A DNA stretch of 45,434 bases from the IMG/VR virus record IMGVR_UViG_3300046001_002739, positions 1 through 45,434 of that record. The stretch is one strand, 5' to 3'. How positions within the stretch are numbered: the first letter of the stretch is position 1; each line of letters opens with the position of its first letter. The notes beneath the pieces were generated by a model. That model worked only from the letters and a program-made list of their open reading frames with translations, did no database searches and had not been told where the DNA came from. Both the position numbers and the translations under genes were made by a program. Of this stretch, positions 42,809-45,434 are shown piece after piece. The DNA comes from a virus. Taxonomy: Duplodnaviria; Caudoviricetes.

Positions 42809-42821
42809 CAGAAAGAACCAA

Positions 42822-43505
42822 ATGTGGACCGTTGAACCGATAACCAAAAAGCAAGCCGATCTGATCGTGACCAGCCGCCACTACAGTCGTCGGGCTCCTG
42901 TGTTCTGGGAAGCCTTTGCACTGGTTGAGGATGGGTTCGTCGAGGGTGTCGTGATCTACGGGCAACCCTCACCGCCGATCCAGAAGCATTCGTTCGACGA
43001 CCGGGACTTCCGGTTGTACGAACTGGCCCGGCTCGTAATCCAGACGACTAAACCAAACGCGGCCAGCTTCCTCGTGGGCCGTTCTCTGCGCATGCTGAAG
43101 GAACAACCCAGCGCGGTGGTGTCATACGCCGACACGGAATGGGGCCACGCTGGTGTGGTCTATCAGGCCACCAACTGGATCTACACCGGCGCCACGAAGT
43201 CGCACGACCACGCCTATATGGTTGACGGCAAGCGCCTGCACCCGATGTCACTGCGCGACCAGGGCATCACCAACCCTAAACAGTGGGCCGCCGAGAATGG
43301 CATCCAGACGGCGCCCCCGATGGAGAAGCACCGCTACTTCTACATCAACGGGAACAAGTACCAGCACCGCGACATGCTGTCCAAACTGAAGTACCCCGTC
43401 GTCGGCCAGTACCCAAAGCTAGAGAAGCGCATGTATGACGCTGGGGCTGGGGTTCTCCTCCACACCAAGGACGTGATGGCCGACGGGTTCGGTGGCTTGG
43501 CGTGA
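42822..43505 (+). CDS. mom: Mom-like DNA adenine modification enzyme (GNAT)
   Basis: HYS, ELARL, SYAD..WGHAGVVYQATNWIYTG. Confidence 0.8.
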   Translation: MWTVEPITKKQADLIVTSRHYSRRAPVFWEAFALVEDGFVEGVVIYGQPSPPIQKHSFDDRDFRLYELARLVIQTTKPNAASFLVGRSLRMLKEQPSAVVSYADTEWGHAGVVYQATNWIYTGATKSHDHAYMVDGKRLHPMSLRDQGITNPKQWAAENGIQTAPPMEKHRYFYINGNKYQHRDMLSKLKYPVVGQYPKLEKRMYDAGAGVLLHTKDVMADGFGGLA

Positions 43506-43624
43506 GGCTGCTAAAGGACTTTTGTGCATCCTGCACTCAAAAACCGCTGTCATAAAAAACAAAAAGCGAACTCGACATTGTGCGAGATGTATCACGGAAC
43601 TCGTTGAAAAGGTTAGATAAGATG

Positions 43625-43652
43625 TACGCTAAGAATATACATTATGCGTCCT
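43625..43652 (-). other. dif-like Xer site B (degenerate XerD arm)
   Basis: Reverse complement AGGACGCATAA-TGTATA-TTCTTAGCGTA. Confidence 0.6.
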
Positions 43653-43671
43653 GAAAGAGGCATTATGACAC

Positions 43672-43705
43672 TAGCAGATGCTAAAAGATGTGGTACACTC
43701 TGCTA
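43672..43705 (+). promoter_or_regulatory. Promoter with tandem operators
   Basis: TAGCAGATGCTA, TGgTACACT, second site 22 bp downstream. Confidence 0.75.
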
Positions 43706-43732
43706 CAGAATCAACCACTTAAGGAAAGCAAA

Positions 43733-43921
43733 ATGGCCACTAAACTCGACACCCTCATCGCCTGGATCAACAACCATGACTGCGGCGTTACACCCACTGC
43801 TGTGGCCGTCGAAGGTGGCATCGAGATCCGCGTCCAAGCGGTGCACGCGGATGGGTCTACCAGCGTGGATCGGACCCTGGTAACTTGCTACAGCCAGGCC
43901 CGCGACGTCTTAGGTTACTGA
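43733..43921 (+). CDS. 62-aa hypothetical protein
   Basis: AAGGAAAG RBS; MATKLDTL...ARDVLGY. Confidence 0.7.
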   Translation: MATKLDTLIAWINNHDCGVTPTAVAVEGGIEIRVQAVHADGSTSVDRTLVTCYSQARDVLGY

Positions 43922-43994
43922 GCTGAAAACCATTTAACAATGTTCAGGCGATAGCGTACCAGTTGCGCGAACGCCACAACCTAGGAGAATCAAA

Positions 43995-44285
43995 ATGAAC
44001 AACACATCAACCCTCGCCGCCAACATGCGCAACGCCTTCATCGAGCGCAAAGGCGCCACCATCGGCGGCGGAAAATTCACGCCCGAGGAGCTGAAGGACG
44101 GCGCCTTTGCCCTTAACGCCGTGCCCAATTTGCTGGAAGCGCTGCGCGACATCGAGGCTCAGCTGTCTGGGCACCCCGACGCGGAGCGGGGTAACAGCAA
44201 GGTTCACTACTGCTTGCACAAAGCCCGCGGCGCCATCGCACGCTGCACACCCCAAGTCCCTGCTGCGGCAGGCCTTAACCCCTGA
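43995..44285 (+). CDS. Hypothetical protein
   Basis: AGGAG RBS; PNLLEAL motif. Confidence 0.75.
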   Translation: MNNTSTLAANMRNAFIERKGATIGGGKFTPEELKDGAFALNAVPNLLEALRDIEAQLSGHPDAERGNSKVHYCLHKARGAIARCTPQVPAAAGLNP

Positions 44286-44320
44286 ACGTAAGCGCCGTTA
44301 TGCGAACCAAGATTCAAGAA
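44245..44320 (+). repeat. 76-bp junction repeat copy 1, containing dif-like site C (44281-44308)
   Basis: Aligns without gaps to 44625-44700; CCTGAACGTAA-GCGCCG-TTATGCGAACC. Confidence 0.75.
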
Positions 44321-44677
44321 TTATCTGGCGTAGATCTCGACCAGGCGGTTGCCGACGCGGTGGGCGTCAAGGTTGGTATCTGTCTGGGTGGCTATCTCGC
44401 CCTGGCCGATAGCATCAAGCACCACCGGTACTGCGCGAAGGGCTACTCCCCTTCCACCGACTGGGCGCAGGGCGGCCCCTTGCTGGAGGAGTACGCCATC
44501 GGCGTGATCGCCATCTCAGACGCGGAGTGGGCGGCCGTCGAGCAGATCACGCACTGCCACGGTCGGGGCCCAACCTACCTGGTGGCCGCGATGCGTTGCC
44601 TTGTGGCTTCGCTCGTTGCAGAAAGCACACCCCAACCCGCTGACCCGTCAGCGATCAACCCTTTGAAAGAATCGTGA
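44300..44677 (+). CDS. DUF2591/NinX-like protein
   Basis: ELSG.DLD.AVA, YSPSTDWAQGGPLLE, GPTYLVAAMRC. Confidence 0.8.
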   Translation: MRTKIQELSGVDLDQAVADAVGVKVGICLGGYLALADSIKHHRYCAKGYSPSTDWAQGGPLLEEYAIGVIAISDAEWAAVEQITHCHGRGPTYLVAAMRCLVASLVAESTPQPADPSAINPLKES

Positions 44678-44700
44678 TTATGCGAACCACAATTCAAGAA
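44625..44700 (+). repeat. 76-bp junction repeat copy 2, containing dif-like site D (44661-44688)
   Basis: CTTTGAAAGAA-TCGTGA-TTATGCGAACC. Confidence 0.75.
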
Positions 44701-45171
44701 CCCATGTTCTACATCGCCAGCCTGAAGCACACCCAGAAGCACCATGAGCACATCACCTGGTGGGGTAAAGACAGCCGCGGCTACACCCCCGTCGTCGGTG
44801 ACTACATCGGCGAGTACCCGCTCTGGGAAGCGCTTCGGCTCAACGACGGCGTGGACTGCCTGGCGGTGCCTGTCGACGTGGTCAAGTCCTTTGTGAGCCC
44901 TGAGCCTTACTGGAAGCCGGGCGCCAAGTTCTACGACCAAGTCGGTCCTGTGGTCGACAACACCCGGGCGTTGTGGAACCGGCTGATCGCCGCGTCCCTC
45001 GCTGAAGGACGGCACAGCAAGCCGAAGCCCGAGGTGTTTCGCGGCAGCCGCCGGGGGTTTCTAACATGGCGTCAGGTACACGGGTTGTCATTTACTCCCT
45101 TTCATCGCCGTCGCAACGGCTGGCACAATTTTCTCCGCGGTTCTACCAATGACGTAACCGCCGAGGCCTAA
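44680..45171 (+). CDS. Hypothetical protein
   Basis: MRT start equivalent to the previous gene (alternatives 44674 or 44704); ITWWGKDSRGYT. Confidence 0.7.
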   Translation: MRTTIQEPMFYIASLKHTQKHHEHITWWGKDSRGYTPVVGDYIGEYPLWEALRLNDGVDCLAVPVDVVKSFVSPEPYWKPGAKFYDQVGPVVDNTRALWNRLIAASLAEGRHSKPKPEVFRGSRRGFLTWRQVHGLSFTPFHRRRNGWHNFLRGSTNDVTAEA

Positions 45172-45434
45172 TTCAACGATGGACCAGAGCTTGAGATACT
45201 CAGCTTCGGATAAATTGGGTGCCGCCCAGCCGAACCAGCGCGCCACGATGAGCGCACCGAAGGTCAGCATCAGGATGGGGCGCCAGGACGAGGCCAGCCA
45301 GTTCTCGCTCGCGGCCTCGGTCTTGACAATCTCGGCGCGCTGCGTGAACTCGGCGAGCTCGCCCTTCTGCGCCAGCTCCAGCATCGCCAGGCGTGCCTGG
45401 TCGCGCTGCGTGGGGTCTGGCCACAGCCGGTCGA
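45088..45434 (-). CDS. 3' part of the putative 3-TM holin (starts at 176)
   Basis: WRPILMLTFG...GLGGYVIGRTAEK. Confidence 0.7.
   Translation of the reverse strand, partial: DRLWPDPTQRDQARLAMLELAQKGELAEFTQRAEIVKTEAASENWLASSWRPILMLTFGALIVARWFGWAAPNLSEAEYLKLWSIVELGLGGYVIGRTAEKIVPAVATAMKGSK
45308..45434. repeat. Terminal direct repeat (copy 2)
   Basis: Identical to 1-127. Confidence 0.9.

Noticed and set aside
43644-43883. ORF starting in the XerC arm of site B
   Set aside because: It runs through promoter and operators and overlaps the better-supported 43733 gene.
43932-44304. Integron attC sites (ATTTAAC, GTTATGC cores)
   Set aside because: No long imperfect palindrome joins the cores and there is no IntI; the dif pattern fits better.

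Overview
The window is a complete, circularly assembled ~45.3 kb dsDNA podophage genome; bases 1-127 are repeated at 45308-45434, which is probably assembly overlap. Gene order resembles the BPP-1/BcepC6B/epsilon15 group, and the host is probably proteobacterial (inferred). The minus strand carries cro, primase-helicase, a putative origin, terminases, portal, scaffold, capsid, cement, tail adaptor and nozzle, ejection proteins including a 3323-aa polyvalent effector protein, a tailspike and the lysis genes. The plus strand carries a repressor, early genes including a SAM-lyase-like protein, DUF2800 nuclease, SSB, Leu762-type family A polymerase, VRR-NUC, SNF2 helicase, a TraR/DksA-like protein, a Mom-like enzyme and small accessory genes. 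A cI/cro switch is present, but I found no integrase, partition system or DGR. The most striking feature is a run of same-orientation dif-like (XerC/D) 11-6-11 sites at gene boundaries in 42.7-45.1 kb, embedded in spacing-conserved repeats. This suggests a host-Xer-driven, integron-like gene-cassette array and/or Xer-mediated integration. Other signals: six late promoters (GTGTCCGTG-N17-nAnnnT), about 11 dispersed TAGCA-NN-TGCTA operators, a c4/P4-CI-like antisense leader, two structured RNA candidates before the polymerase, and an overprinted 50-aa gene with a perfect SD inside the giant gene. All family assignments come from motif recognition by eye, not from database searches.
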